A stretch of 64,000 bases of DNA from the NCBI GenBank assembly GCA_902559985.1, contig CACEJY010000004.1:1372-65371 (forward strand). The letters run 5' to 3'. The notes under the pieces were generated by a model. That model was not told the DNA's origin, did no database searches, and worked only from the letters and a program-made list of their open reading frames with translations. Position numbers and translations under genes: made by a program. This document shows positions 10,399-18,696 of the stretch, one piece after another (position 1 is the first letter of the stretch; every line of letters begins with the position of its first letter). Origin of the DNA: an uncultured SAR116 cluster alpha proteobacterium. GTDB taxonomy: Bacteria; Pseudomonadota; Alphaproteobacteria; Puniceispirillales; Puniceispirillaceae.

Positions 10399-11826
10399 CT
10401 ATTCCGGTTTTGCAATAACCGGAGGTGACACCTCGGCAGGAATTGGGCATTGATAGGGTGTTTTCGCCTGGCGTTCGTCATGCACCATGCGGGCTGCTTT
10501 CAATGTTTCTGGCGACTGAATTAATGCGCCTGCTGTTGCTGCCATTACCTTTGCCGCATGCACCATGCCCTTATGAGCAGCAGGTGCCTTTCCCTGCGCC
10601 ACTGTTTGCCAGGTATGGAAGGGTGTGCCAACAGCACAAGTAGCAACACGCGCCTGTACCGTAGGCACAACCCAACTAACATCACCAACATCAGTTGAAC
10701 CCTCACCTCCAATATTTATCCGGTCGAGTGGTGCAACAAAATCACAAAGTGGTAGATTTTCCGGGGTTTCACGTCCAATACGTTGAAAACTTGCAGTGAT
10801 ATCATCTTTGGTCAGAGTTTTGCGAATGTCATTAGCAAGGCCGACATCATCTGCCTCAAAAGGCACCGGACCAAGTTTCTCAAATTCATGCTGCATCACT
10901 TCTTCTAGCGGGCGATTACCAACTAAATTTGATACACCTGAATAGACCTTCGCCTCAACAGTTGTGCCAGTCATCATAGCAGCGCCATCAGCAATGCTGC
11001 GCACCCGTGCCACCAAATCACGCAAAGCGTCCAGGTCAGCAGCCCGAACCAATTGTCTCACCGTGGCTTTTGCCTGGACTACATTTGGCGCAACACCACC
11101 AGCATCCAGATAAGCATAATGCACCCGCGCAGAATCCGGCATATGTTCACGCAAATAATTTACTCCTATATTCATTAGTTCACATGCATCGAGCGCACTG
11201 CGACCAAGTTGTGGGGCCGCAGCCGCATGTGCCGCCTTGCCATGAAAGGTAAAATCAATGCGCGAATTAGCAAGCGAATGACCATGCTGAACCGCGTTGA
11301 AGGTGGATGGATGCCACGAGATCGCTGCATCAACATCATCAAAGAGTCCATCGCGCGCCATGTAGGCCTTAGCAGCACCACCTTCTTCAGCAGGACAGCC
11401 ATAATAGCGCACCCTCGCCACAATCTCGTTCTCGGCAAGCCAGTCCTTGACTGCGGTTGCGGCCAAAAGCGATGCAGCTCCAAGCAAATTATGACCACAG
11501 CCATGCCCGTTGCCACCTGCTTCAATTGGGCTTGGTTGAGCTACACCAGGAGCTTGGCTCAACTCTGGTAACGCGTCAAACTCACCAAGGATAGCGATCA
11601 CCGGCCCCTTATCACCAGCCTCACCCATCACCGCCGTGGGCATGCCACAAATCCCTTCCGTAATCCGAAATCCCTCACTTTTTAGCATGATCATATGCTC
11701 AGCCACAGACGCATATTCATTATAAAGTGTTTCCGGTGTCTCAAAGACCCTATCTGATAAAGCAATAAATTCTGCTTTTTTAGCGTCAACCATTTGCCAG
11801 ATTTGTTCTTCGTTCTGCATCTTCAT
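10399..11826 (-). CDS. M20 amidohydrolase, p-aminobenzoyl-glutamate hydrolase subunit B (AbgB)-like
   Basis: GEFDALP, GHGCGHN, GCPAEEG, SWHP, GRSALDA, GSTDVGDVSW. Probable start ATG 11826 after GGGGA. Confidence 0.88.
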   Translation of the reverse strand: MKMQNEEQIWQMVDAKKAEFIALSDRVFETPETLYNEYASVAEHMIMLKSEGFRITEGICGMPTAVMGEAGDKGPVIAILGEFDALPELSQAPGVAQPSPIEAGGNGHGCGHNLLGAASLLAATAVKDWLAENEIVARVRYYGCPAEEGGAAKAYMARDGLFDDVDAAISWHPSTFNAVQHGHSLANSRIDFTFHGKAAHAAAAPQLGRSALDACELMNIGVNYLREHMPDSARVHYAYLDAGGVAPNVVQAKATVRQLVRAADLDALRDLVARVRSIADGAAMMTGTTVEAKVYSGVSNLVGNRPLEEVMQHEFEKLGPVPFEADDVGLANDIRKTLTKDDITASFQRIGRETPENLPLCDFVAPLDRINIGGEGSTDVGDVSWVVPTVQARVATCAVGTPFHTWQTVAQGKAPAAHKGMVHAAKVMAATAGALIQSPETLKAARMVHDERQAKTPYQCPIPAEVSPPVIAKPE

Positions 11827-12149
11827 ATTATCCCCATCAACGTGGTTGCCAGACCCACCTCCAGAGCTTGCCCTAAGCACCCTCTGCAGTGGGTCCCAAA
11901 TTACTTCCCCCAAATGGTAAAGCTAAAATGCATTCGCACACAAATATAAATAGACAATATTTTTCATATAACTGAATGGTTCAAGAGCAGTTGCATCAAC
12001 TGGACCCACTCTAAGACTTTTGAGACCGCACATCGTAATTAAAATTTTAATTTGCAATGTATCACGCCACAGATCTTATTAATTTTTTTGGTGTCTGGGA
12101 CGGCAACTGCGTCGGCAAATAAGTCCCCTGAAAATAGGCAGTTTTTTGC

Positions 12150-13124
12150 TCAATTTCTACGTCTATCGATTGCATCTGCGAGAACACACATCAGTTCAAA
12201 CATCAAAGATGCGCCTACCCAAGCAGTACCACCTGAAGCATCGAATGGCGGTGAAACTTCTACGAGATCGGCTCCTACGAGATTTAGCCCTTGCATTAAC
12301 CTAATTGACTTTTGGGCCTCAAAGGTATTTGGGCCTCCAATTTCTGGAGTACCTGTACCTGGAGCATAACTCGGATCGATAAAATCTATATCAAACGAAC
12401 AATAAGTCGGCTCCTTGCCAACTATAGATTTGGCTTCTTCCATGACCGATTCAATCCCACGATCAAACAATTCCTCTACACGAATTATTCTGACACCCTG
12501 TGCTTCACCCCACTCTATATCATCTAAATTGTACGCAGTCCCTCGAATGCCAATCTGAACAACTCGTTTTGGATCAAGAAGCCCTTCTTCTATGGCGCGT
12601 CTGAATGGTGTTCCGTGCGTATATTTGAACCCCCCAAAATAACTATCAAACAGATCTGTATGAGAATCAAAATGTATCATCGCTAAGGGTTTGGCAGCTA
12701 CCAATCCGCGCAAAATAGGCAGTGAAATAAGATGATCCCCGCCAGCAGTCATTGGTATAATATTTCTTTTTTGCAAATTTTTAAAAAAAGATGCCACACG
12801 ATCCATACTGTCTTCAAGATCAACCGGGTTTGGACTAACGTCACCGAGGTCTGCACAATTTGCGAGAGTGAAAGGATTTATACCACTAGCAGGATTCAGT
12901 GCTCTAACCATTGTTGATAGATCACGTAATTGCCTTGGGCCATGCCTTGGGCCCGGCCTATTCGAAGTTCCTCCATCCCATGGAACACCCACAACCCCTA
13001 ATTCAACACGTTTAGTCTCCGGTGCATCCATTGATAGATGTGGCAACCGCATAAAGGTCGGCATTCCTGCAAAACGAGGCATTTCGATACCAGACACAGG
13101 CTGAAAAAAGGGATTATATTGCAC
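12150..13124 (-). CDS. speB: ureohydrolase (agmatinase family), closest in motif pattern to guanidinopropionase GpuA
   Basis: PRFAGMPTFMRLP, GVPWDGG, GGDH, HFDSHTD, THGTPF, FDIDFIDP..APGTGTPE. Probable GTG start 13124 after GGAGG (ORF track 13154). Confidence 0.88.
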   Translation of the reverse strand: MQYNPFFQPVSGIEMPRFAGMPTFMRLPHLSMDAPETKRVELGVVGVPWDGGTSNRPGPRHGPRQLRDLSTMVRALNPASGINPFTLANCADLGDVSPNPVDLEDSMDRVASFFKNLQKRNIIPMTAGGDHLISLPILRGLVAAKPLAMIHFDSHTDLFDSYFGGFKYTHGTPFRRAIEEGLLDPKRVVQIGIRGTAYNLDDIEWGEAQGVRIIRVEELFDRGIESVMEEAKSIVGKEPTYCSFDIDFIDPSYAPGTGTPEIGGPNTFEAQKSIRLMQGLNLVGADLVEVSPPFDASGGTAWVGASLMFELMCVLADAIDRRRN

Positions 13125-13160
13125 ATCTACCTCCAAAATTTTCTCATTCTCCAATCGATA

Positions 13161-13724
13161 TCATTCACTGTTATTCATGTGGTTTGATGCAATAGAGGAA
13201 ACAAAAATTTCTTGCTCTTTAGTCTCAATCGCACCAGGTCGAAATTGTCGAACAATGTTTATGGCCAATTGCGCAGGGATACCAAGATCCCTTAAAATTA
13301 TTGCAGCAACAGTGCCAGACCTGCCCAAACCACCCATACAGTGAATCGCTATTGAACTGCCTGACTTTATTGCTTCATAAAGCCTTGGCCTAAGTTTATT
13401 AAGCCTATCTAACGTATCATTTTTTGGTATGCCCAAGTCCACTATCGGAAGATGAACACAATTAATTGATCTTTTTTTTGACTCAGATAAAAGTACCCCT
13501 TGGTCACAGTAATTACTGAACTCTGCCGCTTCAACTAAAGAGAGAAAATATGAGCAACTTTCTTTTTTTAGGGCATTTAAAACACCCAGCATATCTCTCA
13601 TAGAAAATGTATTGGATGAGGTTCTGCCTGGGAAAGCTGTAAGTATTAGGCTTGCCTCATGGTCTGATATTTTAACTTTTGAGAGGTTTTGCGTATTTCC
13701 TTCCAATTCTAAATATTCCTCCAA
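13161..13724 (-). CDS. dual-specificity / protein-tyrosine phosphatase family (CDKN3-like) CX5R phosphatase
   Basis: HLPIVD, HCMGGLGRSG P-loop, RPGAIET..Q; overlaps the permease stop by 16 nt. Confidence 0.85.
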   Translation of the reverse strand: MEEYLELEGNTQNLSKVKISDHEASLILTAFPGRTSSNTFSMRDMLGVLNALKKESCSYFLSLVEAAEFSNYCDQGVLLSESKKRSINCVHLPIVDLGIPKNDTLDRLNKLRPRLYEAIKSGSSIAIHCMGGLGRSGTVAAIILRDLGIPAQLAINIVRQFRPGAIETKEQEIFVSSIASNHMNNSE

Positions 13725-15391
13725 GCCTGAGTTCGCTTGAGTAGGAACGTCGATATAATTGTATGAATTCCGCGCACGAGAAATGAAATATACACAATTA
13801 ACATTGCCATTGCCGCTGCGCCTGCAACATCACCCTGCTCATCAAGGTGTATCGAAGAGACCGATGCCAACGTAGTATCATAAGAGTATAGGAAAATCAC
13901 ACCCGAAACAGTCGTCATCGCATTACAAAAAAGGTAAATAAAAATATCAAACACGGTTGGCAGACAAACTGGTAGCGTCACACGGAAGAACATTTTATAG
14001 ATCGGAACTTTTAGTGAAAGTGAAACTGACTCAAACTCATTGTCCAGTTTCTTTATTGCTGTGATAGCAGATAAATGAGACACAGTATAAAAATGGACTA
14101 CAGTATTTATCACAAGTATTGCCATTGTCGCGTAAATGAAATTTAGAGGGTTATCTTTCATGTTAAAGAAGAAAATATATGCAAGTCCAAGCACTATTCC
14201 CGGTATTGCCATTGGCATCAGAGCAATCATCTGAAGAATATCCCGCAGGCTTTTATCTGCGCGCATTTTTTCTATCAGATAACTTCCAATAAAAATTATA
14301 ATTGTCCCAAAAAACGCCGCGTAAAGTGACATGCGAACAGAATTAAAAAACGAGTCCCAACCAAGGCCCGCCACTTCAAAATTATAGTGCTTCAGGGTTA
14401 ATGACAAATTGTACGGCCAAAATTTTACCAAAGCCCCAAACTGAGCCATACCAAGCATCAAAAAGACCAATGCCGTGATAAGCAAACAATAACAAAGGAG
14501 AAGATTGTCACGCAGTCTATGAGGCTTTGGCACATAAACCACCGCTCGAGAGGTTAGTTGTGATGCTTGCCTTTTTCGGGAAAATTGATCAAGAGCAAAA
14601 GCAAGTAATGCGGGGATTAGCAGCACTATGGATATAACCGCACCCATTTGAAAATTTTGCATGCCAACCACTTCTCGGTAAATGTCTGTGGCGAGTACAT
14701 TGTAGTTTCCACCAATAACTTTTGGAACACCAAAGTCAGTGAATACAAGAATAAACACGACAAAGGTAGTGCTTATAATACCGTATTTGGCACCCGGTAT
14801 AGTCACTGTAAAAAATGTCCTAAGCTTTGAGGCCTTGAGTGCATCAGAGGCCTCATAAAGGCGTGCATCCGACAAAGATAGCGAGGTAGACAAAATCATC
14901 AGCGCGTGAGGGAAAGTCCAGTAAACCGATGCCATTATAATGCCGATAGGGCCGTAGATTGAGTGTCCCAAGAGCATTTCTTTAAATACTCCTTGGTTGC
15001 CAAACCAATAAACAAGCGCGATAGCAGCAAGTATGGATGGGCTTAGCAATGGAATTAAGGAGACAACTCGAAACAATCCCTTAAATGGGATGCATGTACA
15101 CTGTAAAGCAAATGCGTATAGAAATCCAAGACAGACAACTATAATCGTAGAGACAAATGCAACAAAAAGACTATGAAAAAAGGATTTAAAGAGGGTTGGT
15201 TCTTTTAAATAGAGTGCAAAATTTTCTAGACCAACAAAAACACCCTCGGCGTTTTGCATACTTTTAGACATTAATGCGAAGAGTGGCAGAACCAGAAAAC
15301 AAAAGAACATAGCCAGATAAACAAAAACTAGAATTCTACCAATTTTGTCTGATTTATCAGCTGCCCGAGATTTGGACTTAAAACTAAACAT
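13709..15391 (-). CDS. putative 2-aminoethylphosphonate-type ABC transporter permease (fused two-domain)
   Basis: Two permease repeats; YWFGNQG, DARLYEAS, FTDFGVPKVIGG, NAMTTVS characteristic of PhnU2/AepV-like permeases. Confidence 0.85.
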   Translation of the reverse strand: MFSFKSKSRAADKSDKIGRILVFVYLAMFFCFLVLPLFALMSKSMQNAEGVFVGLENFALYLKEPTLFKSFFHSLFVAFVSTIIVVCLGFLYAFALQCTCIPFKGLFRVVSLIPLLSPSILAAIALVYWFGNQGVFKEMLLGHSIYGPIGIIMASVYWTFPHALMILSTSLSLSDARLYEASDALKASKLRTFFTVTIPGAKYGIISTTFVVFILVFTDFGVPKVIGGNYNVLATDIYREVVGMQNFQMGAVISIVLLIPALLAFALDQFSRKRQASQLTSRAVVYVPKPHRLRDNLLLCYCLLITALVFLMLGMAQFGALVKFWPYNLSLTLKHYNFEVAGLGWDSFFNSVRMSLYAAFFGTIIIFIGSYLIEKMRADKSLRDILQMIALMPMAIPGIVLGLAYIFFFNMKDNPLNFIYATMAILVINTVVHFYTVSHLSAITAIKKLDNEFESVSLSLKVPIYKMFFRVTLPVCLPTVFDIFIYLFCNAMTTVSGVIFLYSYDTTLASVSSIHLDEQGDVAGAAAMAMLIVYISFLVRGIHTIISTFLLKRTQAWRNI

Positions 15392-15393
15392 TT

Positions 15394-16470
15394 TTAGTTA
15401 TCACACTCATAGACGTTTAGGTGATTTGGTGACAACGTAAAGTTTAAATTATCGCCAATAGCAACGGATTTACTAAAATTATCAATCATTGGCTTGTCAG
15501 CTATCAAAGGTTGATCTGGCATAATCGAGGTTTCCAGATGAATTCGAAGAAACGAACCCAAAAACTCGACATCAACCACCCTCCCAACAAACGTATTACT
15601 GCTGTTTTTCTCGGCAAGTTGAACATATTCAGGTCGAGCAGCAATAATAACTTTGGTGCCCTTTTTGTAACTATGGGAGTTTATAGCTATTTGTTGATTA
15701 TCAACTTTTATTGAGTCCTCGTCTAACACTTGTCCCTCAATGAAGTTAGTCATCCCAATAAAGTTGGCTACAAATGGATTGCTCGAATTGGCGTAGATGT
15801 CCTCTGGAGTTCCCGACTGCATTATCTTCCCGCTGTCCATCACAAAAATACGATCTGCGATAGATAAAGCTTCCTCTTGGTCATGCGTTACCATAACTGT
15901 TGTCAAACCAAGCCGTCGGTGAAAATTTTTTAGCTCTTGCCGCAGGTGAACCCGAACCTTAGCATCCAGAGCAGAGAGAGGTTCATCCAGCAACAAAAGA
16001 TTTGGTGATGTGGCAATAGCGCGCGCCAGCGCAATTCTTTGCTGCTCACCTCCAGATAACTGGCTCGGGTATTTTGCGCTGTGATCTGACAGTCCAACGA
16101 GCGACAGCAATTCGTCCACGCGTTTTGTTACATCTTGCTTTTCCCAGCCAAGATTTTCTAGGCCATAAGCAATATTATGAAAGCATGAAAGGTTAGGGAA
16201 CAGAGCATAAGACTGAAAAACAATACCAAAATCACGCTGGGAGGTTGGTAAATCCGAAATTATTTCTGAGTTTTGAATAATTGTCCCACTGGACTGCACC
16301 TCTAGACCAGCAATGCAACGCAGTAACGTAGTCTTGCCACACCCTGATGGACCAAGGAAGCAGACAAATTCACCAGGGCTGATGTCTATGGAGACATCAT
16401 CAAGCGCTAAAAATTTACCAAAGTACTTGTTTAAATTTCTGATCGATAGGTAAGAATTCACATTTTCCAT
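15394..16470 (-). CDS. putative 2-aminoethylphosphonate-type ABC transporter ATP-binding protein
   Basis: EFVCFLGPSGCGKTTLLR, RDFGIVFQSYALFPNL, LSGGEQQR, LDAKVR; start ATG 16470 after GAGG. Confidence 0.88.
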   Translation of the reverse strand: MENVNSYLSIRNLNKYFGKFLALDDVSIDISPGEFVCFLGPSGCGKTTLLRCIAGLEVQSSGTIIQNSEIISDLPTSQRDFGIVFQSYALFPNLSCFHNIAYGLENLGWEKQDVTKRVDELLSLVGLSDHSAKYPSQLSGGEQQRIALARAIATSPNLLLLDEPLSALDAKVRVHLRQELKNFHRRLGLTTVMVTHDQEEALSIADRIFVMDSGKIMQSGTPEDIYANSSNPFVANFIGMTNFIEGQVLDEDSIKVDNQQIAINSHSYKKGTKVIIAARPEYVQLAEKNSSNTFVGRVVDVEFLGSFLRIHLETSIMPDQPLIADKPMIDNFSKSVAIGDNLNFTLSPNHLNVYECDN

Positions 16471-16734
16471 TATTCCTCTTGACCCTCTCAACCGTAAAAG
16501 AAAATTACGTTAACATCCAATCCCAAAGGCGGCAATTAGGAATCCTCACAATGCGAGGTTAAAAAGATTGAACTAACAAGCTTGATAAACATGTGCTGAC
16601 TCGCGATGCTAAAAACGCATCATAACTAAATAAAAATAAGGGTATCTCAGACGCATAATTTCATAATAGTGTAATATTGGCGTACCATGGTGCCCAATTA
16701 CCAAAAAGTTCCTGAGGGATAAGGAGGAATAGAA

Positions 16735-17763
16735 ATGAAATTTAGTTTTAAAAAATCAGCAATAGGCGTTCTCGCATCAATGATGCTTGCTGGCGCTGCA
16801 AATGCAGGAGAGCTGTTAGTTTACTCGAGCACTGATGCCGACAACCTCAAATATTACATGGATAATTTCCAGAAGGATAATCCTGACATCAAAGTAAAAG
16901 TGGTTCGCGAGTCCACTGGTACAATGGCTGCAAAAATGATGGCTGAAAAAGATAACCCACAAGCTGATGTCCTTTTTGAGATGGCTGCAACCGTCGCCTT
17001 AAACATGGAAACTCAAGGTATGTTTCACCCATATACCCCAAAGGGAATGGATAAGATTGATCAGCGATATGTTGATAAAGAAGGGGAAGTGAATTGGGTT
17101 GGTAATTATGGTTGGGCTGGCTGTATTTGCTGGAACACAGTTGAAGCAAAAAAGCTCGGCTTGCCCAAGCCAAAAAGCTGGGCAGATTTAACCAATCCAG
17201 TATATAAAGGCTTAATCTCGATGCCGAATCCAAACTCATCAGGAACAGGGTTCCTAGATGTTTCAAGTTGGATACAGATCATGGGTGAAGATGCTGCATG
17301 GAAGTACATGGACGATCTCCACAAAAATGTGGGTGTTTATACTCACTCCGGTTCAAAGCCTTGTAAGCAATCTGGCTCTGGAGAATTCCCAATTGGTATC
17401 TCTTGGCCGGGCCGTGCCATCAAAATTATCAAGGCAGGCGCCCCAATGGAAATGATTATTCCCGAGGAGGGAATTGGTTGGGAGATGCAGGTTGTAGCAA
17501 TCATGAAGGGAACTAAAAACCTTGAGGACTCGAAACGGCTCATTGATTGGACACTTGGTAACGGGATGAAGCTTTTTGGTGAGCGCCAATCAATAATCGC
17601 CGATACATCCAAAATTACGCCAGACCCTGTGCTTCCAGATTTCTTTAAGGAAGTGAATGCTAAACTGATCGATAACAAATTTGCTTGGGCGGCTGCTAAC
17701 AAGAACCGCATAGTAGCCGAGTGGAAAAAGCGTTACGACGGTAAAACAGAGCCTAAAAAGTAG
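16735..17763 (+). CDS. AepX/PhnS2-like ABC substrate-binding protein
   Basis: Signal peptide; RESTG, MPNPNSSGTGFLDVS, YTHSGSKPC, GEFPIGIS, WAAANK.RI..EWKKRY; strong RBS AAGGAGG. Confidence 0.88.
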   Translation: MKFSFKKSAIGVLASMMLAGAANAGELLVYSSTDADNLKYYMDNFQKDNPDIKVKVVRESTGTMAAKMMAEKDNPQADVLFEMAATVALNMETQGMFHPYTPKGMDKIDQRYVDKEGEVNWVGNYGWAGCICWNTVEAKKLGLPKPKSWADLTNPVYKGLISMPNPNSSGTGFLDVSSWIQIMGEDAAWKYMDDLHKNVGVYTHSGSKPCKQSGSGEFPIGISWPGRAIKIIKAGAPMEMIIPEEGIGWEMQVVAIMKGTKNLEDSKRLIDWTLGNGMKLFGERQSIIADTSKITPDPVLPDFFKEVNAKLIDNKFAWAAANKNRIVAEWKKRYDGKTEPKK

Positions 17764-17773
17764 GCTCCCCTAT

Positions 17774-17809
17774 AAAAAGTCTGGTGCAGAGAGCTATCCT
17801 GCACCAGAC
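17774..17809 (-). terminator. intrinsic terminator between convergent genes
   Basis: Perfect 11-bp stem GTCTGGTGCAG/CTGCACCAGAC (17779-17809); A5 at 17774-17778 gives a U-tract on the minus strand. Confidence 0.7.
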
Positions 17810-17820
17810 GCGACCAACAC

Positions 17821-18663
17821 TTAAGCCCAATATAGTATTGCAACGCCGACGACCAAGAGTATTACTAAAACAACTTTGTCTAATGTGAACTTCTCTTTTA
17901 GTGCCAGAACTCCAAGCAAAACGGCAAAAAGTATCGATGTCTCTCGCAGTGAAGAAACCAACGCTACGGGTAGGTGTTGATAAGCACTGAGAACAATCAA
18001 ATAACAAACAAAAGAAATTAGGCCGCCTAAAATAAAACTATGCTTATAACCGCTTGCGAGACGAGGTAAAAAGTCTCTCTCCAAAACAACCAGATAAAAA
18101 AATAAAAACAAACGATTGAATAACGCCATCGCTCCGAAGAAGGACAGGGCGCTTCCAACTGTGCGAACACCATAAGCGTCTGTAATGGAGTACAGCGCAA
18201 TGAATAGCCCCGTGAATAGGGCAACTGTTACCTCCCGACTTTCTTCCCTTTTTTTCCACACCTGAAATAGCCCATAGGCAACCAAGCCCGAGCAAATGAC
18301 AAAAATCCCAGCAAGTGTCTCTGTGGAAATTATGGGATCAAAAAAAATATAACTTAAACCAAAAATAAATAGTGGTGCGGAGCCTCTTGCAACAGGATAA
18401 ACACTGCTTAGTGGTCCTCGGTCATATGCCTTAAAAAGTGATATGCTATAACCAGTCTGTAACATTGCACTCAGCAAAATCACAGGTAAAGCTGTCAAGT
18501 TTGGAATCCCTGCAATCAAAAGCCCTCCCAAAGCCAACGGGAGACTGCTAAAATAAATCGCCATTACAGCAATGGGCTTATCGTGTGCTGATTTTAAGAT
18601 AAGATTCCAGAATGCATGCAGAAATGCAGCAACAAGAACTAAAATTATAAAAAATGCTTCCAG
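17821..18663 (-). CDS. EamA/DMT family membrane protein (phosphonate-utilisation-associated DUF6 type)
   Basis: In-frame extension EAFFIILVLVAAFLHAFWNLILK upstream of the ORF-track start; SSVYPVARGSAP, YSITDAYGVR, LRETSILFA. Start appears to be CTG at 18663. Confidence 0.8.
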   Translation of the reverse strand: MEAFFIILVLVAAFLHAFWNLILKSAHDKPIAVMAIYFSSLPLALGGLLIAGIPNLTALPVILLSAMLQTGYSISLFKAYDRGPLSSVYPVARGSAPLFIFGLSYIFFDPIISTETLAGIFVICSGLVAYGLFQVWKKREESREVTVALFTGLFIALYSITDAYGVRTVGSALSFFGAMALFNRLFLFFYLVVLERDFLPRLASGYKHSFILGGLISFVCYLIVLSAYQHLPVALVSSLRETSILFAVLLGVLALKEKFTLDKVVLVILLVVGVAILYWA

Positions 18664-18696
18664 AGCAACCCCTCAGAATTAATCGGTTTAATCCAC

